Source: Candidatus Thorarchaeota archaeon (GTDB lineage: Archaea; Asgardarchaeota; Thorarchaeia; Thorarchaeales; Thorarchaeaceae). Taken from it: 64,000 nucleotides of DNA. Shown piece after piece: positions 10,062-19,732 of the stretch (its first letter is position 1; each line of letters starts with the position of its first letter). The translations under genes were made by a program, and so were the position numbers. Where the stretch lies: positions 32,001-96,000 of the forward strand of contig JBHLRS010000007.1 in the NCBI GenBank assembly GCA_048882325.1, given 5' to 3'. The notes below the pieces were generated by a model. The model saw nothing but the letters and a program-made list of their open reading frames with translations. It was not told the DNA's origin and did not search any database.

Positions 10062-11279
10062 TCATGATGCTACGATCTTCCGATACAAAATCGAAATGAA
10101 TAACAACATCAGCAACGCAACCCCGGTTATCCCAAGGTAGAGTGATGTCATTCCAAGTTGAAAGAATGGTTCATATACAGTCGGTATTAGAGCGACTCCA
10201 AAGAAAGAGGCGGATGTCACCACTCCTGCGAGAACACCTCGTCGCTCAGGTGAGATGAGTTGGCTATATGTAATCATCAGAGGAAATAGAACACCTCCCG
10301 CCCAACCCATTGCAGCGAGTGCGATCCCAACAATTAGAGTTGCACTTGGTAGTGTGATATCTCCAATCATCAAGAATAACGTGAGCGAAGCAAACAGTGG
10401 TATGGCACCTATTGAAATTGAGAAACCAAATCCTCTTGTTTTGATGATCCTCCCTAAAGACGCTCCAGCGATTGCTCCAAGAATTCCAGCAACAAGAAGC
10501 ATGGTTCCTGTGATTGATTCGCTCACAGAGTTAGTGAGTCCCCTTGATGTCCAAACCAATGTTCCAAGGTATGTCATTGTGATGAGAAAAGTGGTGATCA
10601 ACATTAGAAGGACAACTGGTTTTCTTAACTCAATTCTGAGATTGGTAATGAAAACATGAATTCCAGACTCCTCATGGACCATTGATGGAGGTCGCTTTGC
10701 TATTGAAATACCTACGAAACTTAAGAAGACAATAATCAGTATTACAAGATAGTAGAGCTGCCAGCCAATGATTGCCAACTGTCCTGCGATGAATGGACCG
10801 AAGCCAACACCAAAGGACGCTAAACCAGACGCAATCCCCATTCTCTTCGGAATCTCGTTTGGAGGCGCACAATCAGACAGAAGAGCAAGTAGAACTGGAT
10901 TCACAAATCCAAAACCAATTCCAGCGATAAGATAACCTAATGCGAACATCGCTATAGTTGTCGAGAAAGTAATTAGGAGAAGGCCAGCAAGGAATCCAAC
11001 CAACCCAGCAGCAATTATCGGGACTCTTCCATAGCTGTCTGACAGAGCACCAGAGAACAGCTGGAATGTCGCGAATGGAAACATGAAGGCGGGGATAGAA
11101 ACAAGTATTGCTGTAGGGTCAACAAGGAAATCACTCGCAATTGGTCCAAGAAGGGTGAGTACCGCATTTCCAACCAGAGGGCCTATTCCAAACAAGAGGT
11201 ATGAAATCAGTTCAATAGATCTGAATCTCTCAGGTTGCTCACAGGGACTCTCTGTTGAATCTAAAACATGCTTACTCAT
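10062..11279 (-). CDS. MFS transporter
   Basis: About 12 TM helices; MFS motif A GALSDSYGRVP. Confidence 0.9.
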   Translation of the reverse strand: MSKHVLDSTESPCEQPERFRSIELISYLLFGIGPLVGNAVLTLLGPIASDFLVDPTAILVSIPAFMFPFATFQLFSGALSDSYGRVPIIAAGLVGFLAGLLLITFSTTIAMFALGYLIAGIGFGFVNPVLLALLSDCAPPNEIPKRMGIASGLASFGVGFGPFIAGQLAIIGWQLYYLVILIIVFLSFVGISIAKRPPSMVHEESGIHVFITNLRIELRKPVVLLMLITTFLITMTYLGTLVWTSRGLTNSVSESITGTMLLVAGILGAIAGASLGRIIKTRGFGFSISIGAIPLFASLTLFLMIGDITLPSATLIVGIALAAMGWAGGVLFPLMITYSQLISPERRGVLAGVVTSASFFGVALIPTVYEPFFQLGMTSLYLGITGVALLMLLFISILYRKIVAS

Positions 11280-11398
11280 TATACATGAACCGCTTCAGAA
11301 ATCATGTTAACCATTGTTAAATCCTTTGGTTTAACAACCGTCGCCCTTATGAGTCATGTTCACAAACACTATGTATTGCGTGTCTTGAGGTAAGGAGT

Positions 11399-12053
11399 GT
11401 GTTTCGGCACTACGGAGCATCTGAAGATGTGTTCGTAGACAGAGAAGAATACATCGAATGGATGGACGATGCCCTAGCTAGGTGTAAGAAGAAGAGTGTG
11501 GTTCTTCATCTGAAAGGCATTGGAGGTATTGGGAAGAGCTTACTCCTAAAACATTGGATCAATACGAAAGAGCGGACAATCCGTGTGGATTGCGAACACT
11601 ATACAGAATTTATGGTCGACTCAATGTTCTCGCGAAAGGAGCTGTATTGCATGGAGTTAATCTGCAAAGATTCGATGTTCTTTGGCAAATAAGACAACGC
11701 TTTGTGGAAGGCGTAGAACCAGTCAAGGAGGAGGGTCGAGCCTGGGCGAAGGATGTAGTGATGGCGATACCATTCATTGGATCCTTGGCATCCATTGGAA
11801 GTGCACTCAGTGCTATTGGCACAAAGGTAACTCCGAAACTAAAGGGAAGGTATGGAATCAATGGGTGACAAAGGCTCCTGAAGTCATAAACATGATGCTT
11901 GAAAAAACTCTATACCATCTACAGAAGGTGTTGTGGGAAAATGGAAGTAAGCAAGATGAATTGAAGGATCTTGAACCACGATTATCAGGCTTAACATTCT
12001 CTGATGATGATGAACTTTGGATTGAAGAAGAAGAACCACTATACATTTGGTGA
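11399..12053 (+). pseudogene. Disrupted STAND/AAA-type P-loop ATPase gene (three overlapping frames)
   Basis: Frame 1 has FVDREE..LHLKGIGGIGKS (Walker A). The reading continues in frame 2 after a 1-nt shortfall in GAATTTATGG (about 11607-11616), then jumps to frame 3 at about 11860 into an acidic C-terminus. No Walker B region is visible. Confidence 0.7.
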
Positions 12054-12114
12054 TTCTTCTTACAACTAAATAGGTGCGCAGGTTTGATGTTCAGTAGAAA
12101 TTGAAGCAACTGAA

Positions 12115-12762
12115 TCAATAATATAGGCGTACCTTTACAGCTGCACGTTTATCTGCAGGTAATTCCTTTGCTTTCTTGACCTCTGGATTTTCTAGAGCAT
12201 CATCCATTGTGAGTTTGAGGTCATCCTTAGATACATCCAGAATGATCTTGTCTCTAATGGCGACAATGCGTTCAATAGGAACTAGAATGTCAACATCGCT
12301 CTTAAGACCAACAGACTCAAGGGTTTCCTCAACAAGACCTCCACCAACAATTAAGCAGGCAGTACCATCTGTATCGAAATCTACATCCACAGCCCGACCA
12401 ATCTTTGTATCATCCTTGTCGAAGATGTCCATCTTTGTGATTTTGGACCATCGAAGCTCACCCATTTCGATTGCTCCTTCATCCAAGGTGGTCTTTAGAC
12501 TATTCACATTTGTATTCAGATGCACCTTATCCCCAATCTTAGAGATTAGACTGGCACTTAACACGGGATCCTTGTCAGGTCTAATCTTGGCAGATTCAAG
12601 GAACTCCTCCCATCTTGACCCTCCCAGAATGAATTGCTTGAGAATCAGTGCACCTTCAAAAACAAAGGTCAGGTCATTTATCCTGCCCACTTTCTCACCA
12701 CTTGAGTCAACAACGTCACAATTTCGTAGCTCGTTGCAGTTCATAGATTTAGTAACATCCAA
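12115..12762 (-). CDS. Tandem PRC-barrel domain protein
   Basis: Two repeats: 'VVDSSGEKVGRINDL..ILGGSRWEEFLES' and 'IFDKDDTKIGRAVDVDFD..IVGGGLVEETLES..ILVPIERIVAIRDKIIL'. Confidence 0.8.
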   Translation of the reverse strand: MDVTKSMNCNELRNCDVVDSSGEKVGRINDLTFVFEGALILKQFILGGSRWEEFLESAKIRPDKDPVLSASLISKIGDKVHLNTNVNSLKTTLDEGAIEMGELRWSKITKMDIFDKDDTKIGRAVDVDFDTDGTACLIVGGGLVEETLESVGLKSDVDILVPIERIVAIRDKIILDVSKDDLKLTMDDALENPEVKKAKELPADKRAAVKVRLYY

Positions 12763-12843
12763 TTCTATGCACGACCTAAAGCTTTTCTGAACAACTTCTA
12801 GTTAAAGGCTTCGAATTATCTCTTTCTGTCTAAGTGCGTGGAA

Positions 12844-13311
12844 TCACGAGTGCTCACCGAAGAACATCAGATAATCAGTCCCAGGTACTTCCATTCCCAT
12901 CTCGCTAAGGACCATGGCAAGTTGACCTCGGTGATGAGTGGTGTGAATGAGATATTGGAGAAAGAAGTCAACTACATCAATCTCGAAGGATTCCTCTTTG
13001 ATATGCTTGACTTCAATTCGGTCCTGAGGGATCTCATCGATGGCATTACTGAGGTGTGTGTCAAGAATCTCCCAGCGTTTGAGGAGTTCTTGGCGAGGAA
13101 GTCGTTTCACTCGGTCAAACACAGAATTGTCCTTTTCGCCCTCAATGAAATAGAAGCAGGTCTCAAGAGCTAGTACTATGTGTTGCACAAGTTCTCGTGG
13201 GCTTGTTCCAAACACCTCTTGAGAGAAGTCTTCAGCATCTAAGCTACTGAGGAGTTCTCTGATCTTCCAACCCGCCCAAAGATGGTAGTCAGCAAGGTGC
13301 TTGAACACCAA
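12844..13311 (-). CDS. DinB-family protein
   Basis: YHLWA N-terminus, LVQHIV, HTTHHRGQL, PGTDYL. Confidence 0.85.
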   Translation of the reverse strand: MVFKHLADYHLWAGWKIRELLSSLDAEDFSQEVFGTSPRELVQHIVLALETCFYFIEGEKDNSVFDRVKRLPRQELLKRWEILDTHLSNAIDEIPQDRIEVKHIKEESFEIDVVDFFLQYLIHTTHHRGQLAMVLSEMGMEVPGTDYLMFFGEHS

Positions 13312-13363
13312 ATCCTAGACCTCACCTATTCTTGAACATCCTCACGTATTAGTCTACCGAGTT

Positions 13364-14329
13364 CTATCCAGACAATTCCTCAAGAAGCCCAAGCATCCAT
13401 TGATCTATTGGTTTCTTGTTCATCCAGGTTTCCTCAAATGGCGTCATGACAAGATTCCCATCTACCTCGCCAACCATACCTCCATGCTTTCCATTCAGGA
13501 GACATTCGATTGCGTACGCTCCGAGGCGAGTCGCTAGTATTCTATCGAAATGGGTAGGGTTACCCCCTCTTTGGATGTATCCTAATACTGATACTCTGCA
13601 TTTCTCACCAATTCTCTCAGAAAGCTCTTTACCAATATATTCCGCATTTCCTAGCTCATCGCCCTCTGCCACAATCACAAGAACGGATGATTTTGCCTTC
13701 TCCCTTGCTTTCCGAACTATGTCTGCAAGTTCTTCAAAAGATGTCTGAGTTTCGGGCATCAATATTGCTGATGCTCCTGTCGCAAATCCTACGTGAAACG
13801 CGATGAATCCAGCGTGTCGTCCCATCACCTCAACTAAAAAGATCCTCTGGAATGATTGTGCAGTATCTCTGATTTTGTCTAAAGCCTCCAGAGCGTTATT
13901 GACAGCTGTGTCAAAACCAATTGTATAGTCAGTCCCGTAAAGATCGTTATCGATTGTTCCCGGAAGTCCAATTAGGCATCCTTTCCAGTGATTACTTAAG
14001 GCAGATAAAGCATGCATGGTGCCGTCTCCGCCAATCGCGATAAGTGCATCAAAACCCCTGTCGGTCAGAATCTTAGCCGCTTTCTTCTGACCCGCCTCTG
14101 TCCGGAATTCTTCAGACCGTCCAGTAGTGAGAATAGTACCTCCTCTATGGAGTATCCTAGAAACGGACCGAGAATTCAACTCGTGTATATGCTCATCAAG
14201 GATACCCTGTAGTCCACCAAAAACTCCGAAGATTTCGCAATCACGATTGATTCCGACTCTAGTGATTGCACGGAGTGCCGCATTCATAGCAGGACTATCG
14301 CCGCCACTGGTAAGAACTGCAATTTTCAT
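13364..14329 (-). CDS. pfkA: ATP-dependent 6-phosphofructokinase (PfkA type)
   Basis: KIAVLTSGGDSPAMNA, GGTIL, IGGDGT, PGTIDND, EVMGRHAG, LGYIQRGG; start ATG 14329. Confidence 0.95.
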   Translation of the reverse strand: MKIAVLTSGGDSPAMNAALRAITRVGINRDCEIFGVFGGLQGILDEHIHELNSRSVSRILHRGGTILTTGRSEEFRTEAGQKKAAKILTDRGFDALIAIGGDGTMHALSALSNHWKGCLIGLPGTIDNDLYGTDYTIGFDTAVNNALEALDKIRDTAQSFQRIFLVEVMGRHAGFIAFHVGFATGASAILMPETQTSFEELADIVRKAREKAKSSVLVIVAEGDELGNAEYIGKELSERIGEKCRVSVLGYIQRGGNPTHFDRILATRLGAYAIECLLNGKHGGMVGEVDGNLVMTPFEETWMNKKPIDQWMLGLLEELSG

Positions 14330-14403
14330 GGTTAAACATGTTAACCTTCGGATAAATAAGTACAACTTACACTACAAAATCTGGTTCTGGAGAATGTATT
14401 AAC

Positions 14404-15039
14404 ATGCCAAAGAGAGAACATGGCTTGGGTTCAGAAGAGCATGGCAAGATAGTCAGAGAAGGGTATAACAGGATAGCCAAAGAGTATTACACTGAGAGAG
14501 ATTTGTTCAAGAATGAGGAAGAGATACAGGAGTTCATCTCTTTTCTACCTGAGAAGGGAGTAGTTTTGGATATTGGCTGTGGTGGTGGTGTTCCAGTCCT
14601 CAGAACTCTAGTAGATAATGGATTTGAAGCCAAAGGTATTGACTTCTCACAAGGGATGTTGGACTTGGCAAAGGAGAATGTACCGGAAGCAGAGTTGATT
14701 CTGGGAGATATTACAAAAACAGATTTCGAACCTGAGTCATTCGATGGAATCATCTCGACATATGCTTTCATCCACATCTTCAGGACTGAACATCCGCGAC
14801 TCTATGGGAAGATTTTCACTTGGTTAAAACCTGGAGGAGTCATGCTCGTGGGCACAGCAAGAACCGAGTGGGAGGAAATCAGTGACTTTTTTGGAGTTCC
14901 AATGGCTTGGAGCCATCCTGATGCTCGAGAGAGTCTCCAACTCGTGAACAACACGGGATTTGAGGTGCTATTTGAAAGACTAGTAACTACTGGTGATGAA
15001 ACAGCTTACTGGATTCTTGCTAAAAAGCCAGAGAGCTAG
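14404..15039 (+). CDS. Class I SAM-dependent methyltransferase
   Basis: VLDIGCGGG, GIDFS, ESFDGI, LKPGG. Confidence 0.9.
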   Translation: MPKREHGLGSEEHGKIVREGYNRIAKEYYTERDLFKNEEEIQEFISFLPEKGVVLDIGCGGGVPVLRTLVDNGFEAKGIDFSQGMLDLAKENVPEAELILGDITKTDFEPESFDGIISTYAFIHIFRTEHPRLYGKIFTWLKPGGVMLVGTARTEWEEISDFFGVPMAWSHPDARESLQLVNNTGFEVLFERLVTTGDETAYWILAKKPES

Positions 15040-16001
15040 ACGAGTCCTTTCTTTCGTAAGAAAAGAAGCAACGGGATAGTTATGAAGAGACTTCCAATCA
15101 TGATTGCGGCGAAGGCCAGTGGATCGGTTTGAATTGGTAGGTCAACATTCATACCGTAGATGCTAGCAATCAATGTTGGAACACTGACCAGCAAGGAGAT
15201 TGATGTGAGGGTCTTGATAACACGGTTCAGATTATGGTTGACAATACTGTCATACGCACTCATCGCGTTAGCAATTAGTTCCCTATAGATAGCTGAGAGC
15301 TCTACTTGCTGTTGAAGATCAACCTCGAGTTCCTCAAGGCGATCCACATCGAGAATCATCCGACCTAATACATTGAACCTCTTAAGCCGGCGGAGAACCT
15401 TCATGTTTGCTTTGAGTGAGGTTTCCATGAAGATTGCGTCACGAGAGAGTTGGAAAAACCACTCAAGTTGAGAGGGGTAGATTTCACGCATGATTACATC
15501 TTCTGTCTTGTTAATGGTTTCCTCAATGAGATCGAGTGTGTGCTCGAAGGCGTGGATAATAACCTCAAGCCATCGATAGATAACTTCAGCTGCAGTTGTC
15601 CCAAGCTGTATTTTCTTCCGGAGTCGCGTCTTCCGTAATGGAACCTCTTCGTTCTGAATGACAATGATGTCCCGACCATTCGTGAAGATACCAATGGGAT
15701 TGGTCGAATACTCTCTCTCCTCGATGCGAATGTCCAGAGGAACACGAAAGACCATCATTGTGAACTTGTCTTCAATCTGTAGCCGAGGTCTCTCATCAAG
15801 GTCCTGTACATCCTGAAGGTCCTCTAAATCAATCTCAAAATGTTGGGAAATCCTTGCAAGGTCATTAGGTCGAATTCCAATAATTTCTATGAGCAACGGT
15901 TCATCAGGGGCATCCTCTAAGGTGGCATACTTTATTCCACTCTCCAATGCCATGATGGAGATACTTCCATTCTCTACTGTGTCGCTGCTCATATGATCCA
16001 C
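15036..16001 (-). CDS. corA: CorA-family Mg2+/Co2+ transporter
   Basis: ERPRL, PTLIASIYGMNV signature, two C-terminal TM helices. Confidence 0.9.
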   Translation of the reverse strand: MDHMSSDTVENGSISIMALESGIKYATLEDAPDEPLLIEIIGIRPNDLARISQHFEIDLEDLQDVQDLDERPRLQIEDKFTMMVFRVPLDIRIEEREYSTNPIGIFTNGRDIIVIQNEEVPLRKTRLRKKIQLGTTAAEVIYRWLEVIIHAFEHTLDLIEETINKTEDVIMREIYPSQLEWFFQLSRDAIFMETSLKANMKVLRRLKRFNVLGRMILDVDRLEELEVDLQQQVELSAIYRELIANAMSAYDSIVNHNLNRVIKTLTSISLLVSVPTLIASIYGMNVDLPIQTDPLAFAAIMIGSLFITIPLLLFLRKKGLV

Positions 16002-16163
16002 CTCGGTTGGGGGGATGTTCTTCGTCCATTGATGATAGCCTGCCTGAAGCGGGTATTTTCTCTGAGTCTCATTTGATTTTGACGTAACTGCCTTTTAGGG
16101 TTTTGTCATACGCGAAAATTCCCAATGAGATTGTGTGTCACCTGACACCACAAGAGTAATGTC

Positions 16164-18275
16164 GTGGATAGACCCCAAGATACCATTGGAGGTTTAGAAT
16201 TGAGGAGGAAGTTGAGATTAGGTCTTTACTGGACTGTTGGAATCCTGATTGTTTCTATGCTTTCAACGGCTCCAGCAACATCAGATATCATTCCTTCTCA
16301 AGTGGATTTGGACGATGGATTATTCATCGATAAGATTGTTTACAAAGTGATAGCAAGCCAGGATCAGAGGGTTCTCGCACTCCAAGCTGGGGAGATCGAA
16401 ATGGACGCCAGCTTCTTTTATCCAGTTAACTACCCAGCATTGAGTGGAGATCCTGATATTGACATTGCAGAAACACTAAGGAATGGATATGGTCACATCT
16501 CATTCAATTGTGGTAGGTATCCAATGAATATCAGTGCATTCAGAAGGGCTTTTGCTTTCGCATTCGACAAGAACAAGGTTACAGATGAGGTAATGAATGG
16601 ATATTCGAAAACCCATGATTCTATAGTGCCATATTCAAATCCAATGTGTATAGAAGACGAGCTAGAATGGCATTACTATGACGCTAGACCAGATATTGGG
16701 AATGCAATTCTAGATGACATCGGATTTCCCATAAGCAATACAACGGGCGTGAGACAGTATCCAGATGGTTCACCCATTAGACTGGTCATATTGAGTTCTG
16801 GGATAGGTAATGATGTAGCAGATATTGCAATAGAGGCTTTTCAAGAACTTCACATCAACGCCACTCGAACAGGACCAATGTGTTGTGAAACGTATTATGA
16901 TATGTATTTCTCTGTAGAGAATTATCCTAGTAACGACTTGTCTTGGCTTGCTACTGAGTACTGGTCTGAGAATGCAGATGAGTATGTAAACGATTGGCCA
17001 ATAAATCCTACACAATTCAGAAACTCAACATTTGATTCATGGAGAGATCAGCTACTACACGGAACAAGTTTTGATGAGGTTTCCGAGGCTGCTGCTGAGA
17101 TGCAGAAGATATTGCACTACAACGTCCCTAGGCTTGTGGTGTATCAGGATATCTACCTTCAGGCATACCGTAATGACGTATTTACAGGTCATATAGATGA
17201 TGAATTACCAATCACAAACCCATGGACAATGCTTAAGATTCACAAACTTGATGGTTCATCTGGAGGTACAGTTCCAATCGCAATTCCTGCTGTACCAGAA
17301 GATCTCAATTTCTTCCACACAATAGGGGGACCAAAATGGGAACTCCTTGAAAATCTCCATCTTTCACTTTACACACCAGGACCTGACCTTGAGCCATATC
17401 CACGTTTGGCATCATCTGTTATTATTGAAACTCATTCCGACAATCAAGCTGTAGCAGCGGGACATACCCGTTTCACGTTTGATATTGTGAATTATAGAAA
17501 ATGGGCTACCGACCAACCAGTGACAGCTGAGGACGTTGCTTTCACATTCAATTATCTCATTGAAAGCAGACTTTTTGGTAATCCTCTGAGCGAAGATTTG
17601 GATAGTCTTGTGGCGGCTTATGCACCAACTCCTGATAAGGCAGTCATTGAGTTCAATTCAGAGTCTTACTGGCACTTCTTCCGGATTGCTTATCTATACA
17701 TCTTGCCGAAGCAAGCGTTCACCTTGGAACCAGCAGCGTGGGAAAGCTGGAATCCTGGATTCAATTCCAGTCAACCAGTTCTCAACTGCGGCCCTTTCGA
17801 GTTTACTGACTATGAAGAAGGAGAATTTTATGAATTGTCAACAAATCCGGATTATGGTCGTGCTGGAGTTGTAGATCAGCTCGAGATAGGCATTATACCT
17901 GCTTTCGATATCGTACGCCCCTTTAGTTTCTCTGGATTTAACATAACTTGGGAGTTAGATTGGCACTCAGGTCACGCGCAGTACACAGCCCTCGACTACA
18001 CCGTGTTTCTTGATGGTGAGGAATATGTGACTGGAATACATGTGTTTGATTATGGCATGGGTTTCTCCCTTACAATTGAAGTCAACTCATTACCCCCAGG
18101 TAGGTATAATTTCACTCTCATGTTGGAGGAAGTCCAAGGAGGATACGAAACAGATACGGTAATGGTCACAATTAGAATCACAGAAGCTCAGATAATCTCA
18201 ATGGCAAGTGTTCCAATCATTATCATTTTAAGCGTCCTCATCATCAGAAGGATATGGCACTCACACAGTGACTAA
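16164..18275 (+). CDS. ABC peptide/nickel substrate-binding protein (family 5), C-terminally anchored
   Basis: FRRAFAFAFDK, AEMQKIL, W..DQPVTAEDVAFTF, CGPFEF; C-terminal TM; likely TTG start 16200. No cognate permease or ATPase adjacent. Confidence 0.85.
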   Translation: MDRPQDTIGGLELRRKLRLGLYWTVGILIVSMLSTAPATSDIIPSQVDLDDGLFIDKIVYKVIASQDQRVLALQAGEIEMDASFFYPVNYPALSGDPDIDIAETLRNGYGHISFNCGRYPMNISAFRRAFAFAFDKNKVTDEVMNGYSKTHDSIVPYSNPMCIEDELEWHYYDARPDIGNAILDDIGFPISNTTGVRQYPDGSPIRLVILSSGIGNDVADIAIEAFQELHINATRTGPMCCETYYDMYFSVENYPSNDLSWLATEYWSENADEYVNDWPINPTQFRNSTFDSWRDQLLHGTSFDEVSEAAAEMQKILHYNVPRLVVYQDIYLQAYRNDVFTGHIDDELPITNPWTMLKIHKLDGSSGGTVPIAIPAVPEDLNFFHTIGGPKWELLENLHLSLYTPGPDLEPYPRLASSVIIETHSDNQAVAAGHTRFTFDIVNYRKWATDQPVTAEDVAFTFNYLIESRLFGNPLSEDLDSLVAAYAPTPDKAVIEFNSESYWHFFRIAYLYILPKQAFTLEPAAWESWNPGFNSSQPVLNCGPFEFTDYEEGEFYELSTNPDYGRAGVVDQLEIGIIPAFDIVRPFSFSGFNITWELDWHSGHAQYTALDYTVFLDGEEYVTGIHVFDYGMGFSLTIEVNSLPPGRYNFTLMLEEVQGGYETDTVMVTIRITEAQIISMASVPIIIILSVLIIRRIWHSHSD

Positions 18276-19585
18276 ATGATGACACTCTCTACTTCAACAT
18301 CTCTATCCTTGATGCTAAGTGTTTTGGAGGGTATCCTCTTTCCGCCAAAGAGTTCAGCCTCAGCCTCACCTCTATAGAGAGCATCCGCAATTCGTCCCAT
18401 AGCATCTGCTTTCATGATCCCAGACCCACTCGCACCGTTGACCACAAGTACTCCACTGTCAAGCCAGACAAATGGAATCCTATCGGGACTATAGTTGTAC
18501 CCTCCTGCCCAGCTGTTAACAGGTCTAGCCCCTTGGAAGGCTGGGAAATATTTCGATAGAACAGGATACATGCTGTTCTCATAGTAGGCACTCTCTGGGA
18601 CCATGTCTTCATCAGTCTGTATGTACTTGTATTCACGACCCACCTTATCGCCGCAACCCACCCAGAACCCGCGCTCCTGGAGCTGAGGTCTGAAGTAGAC
18701 ACCCGCAGATGGTAAGATAGTGAATGGAATGCAGCCAAGCTCGTTGAAGCCTTTGACTTCCAAAAGCGCCTGCAAATCCTCTTTATCCTCAGCATGAATG
18801 ACGAACAGTTGGCGCTTCTTCCCTTTGGTCATACTATCCATGCCAATTGGATCTAGGAGTTCGTTTGTCCAAGTCCCGGTCGCAAGGACAACCACATCTG
18901 CCCTCAGGGGTCCCTTGTCCGTTATGACACCGTTCACCTTTTTCTTCTGCCAGACAAAGGGCTCACCAGGAACGTCCAACTTGGGATCAGCCTCAAGTAT
19001 GAGTTTCTCAACCTCTACACCGAACCGAGGTTTGACATGCGATAGCTTGGTGAACTCTTCAAAGTAGTGCTCGACAAGTCTTGTTGGATCCAATACTCCA
19101 CAATCAGCACCAAAGAGACCGTACGCCACCTCTTTAAGGTTCATGAGTTCAGCCTCTTCATCCCCGGCAAAGTCTACATTGAGACCTGGAATCATCTTCT
19201 TTAGTTCTTCTTTGTTGTAGACCTTATAGCTGATTCCGGACTTCTTCATCCGCTCCATCCAGACTTTCACACTTTCATGGTGGAACTGCTCTTCTCCAAG
19301 CAGCCAGAGATATCCAGTCTTCTCAAAATAGAGGTTATGTCCAAGTTCATTCTGAACATGTTCAAAGTATTTGATGGAAGTGTCAGTGAGTAGCTGATTT
19401 GTAGAAGATGCAAACATGTTTCGAACAGCTGCTGCACTCATAGCTGTGTTAGCCTGTCCAGGCGCGAGAGTTCGCTCAACAAGCAGTATTTTCTTGTCAG
19501 GGCTATTCTTCTGCAAATAATATGCAGTCGCGACACCTAGACAACCTGCACCAACTACAATGACGTCAAAGGTCTCTTCGCTCAA
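18272..19585 (-). CDS. FAD-dependent oxidoreductase, DAO/sarcosine oxidase beta/proline dehydrogenase-like
   Basis: DVIVVGAGCLG Rossmann motif, VVLATGTW, WAGGY, GSGIMK; likely TTG start 19585 after GGTGA. Confidence 0.85.
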   Translation of the reverse strand: MSEETFDVIVVGAGCLGVATAYYLQKNSPDKKILLVERTLAPGQANTAMSAAAVRNMFASSTNQLLTDTSIKYFEHVQNELGHNLYFEKTGYLWLLGEEQFHHESVKVWMERMKKSGISYKVYNKEELKKMIPGLNVDFAGDEEAELMNLKEVAYGLFGADCGVLDPTRLVEHYFEEFTKLSHVKPRFGVEVEKLILEADPKLDVPGEPFVWQKKKVNGVITDKGPLRADVVVLATGTWTNELLDPIGMDSMTKGKKRQLFVIHAEDKEDLQALLEVKGFNELGCIPFTILPSAGVYFRPQLQERGFWVGCGDKVGREYKYIQTDEDMVPESAYYENSMYPVLSKYFPAFQGARPVNSWAGGYNYSPDRIPFVWLDSGVLVVNGASGSGIMKADAMGRIADALYRGEAEAELFGGKRIPSKTLSIKDRDVEVESVII

Positions 19586-19732
19586 GAAAGAATCACCATG
19601 TAGGACGCGAGGAAATTCATGGTCCTCTAAAACTTTTTTCTTTAGCCTGCGTTTCCTCATTTTCCTAGTTGAAATGAGAGAAGTATTATACAATGAATCT
19701 GAAGTTGATTTTTAAAACAAAACAACGCATGT

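Noticed and set aside
12176-12790. 204-aa + strand ORF
   Set aside because: Antisense shadow of the PRC-barrel gene; Ser-rich, no motif.
16010-16050. Fluoride riboswitch
   Set aside because: GGGGAUG..UGAUGA resembles it, but the pseudoknot pairing is missing and it is antisense to corA.
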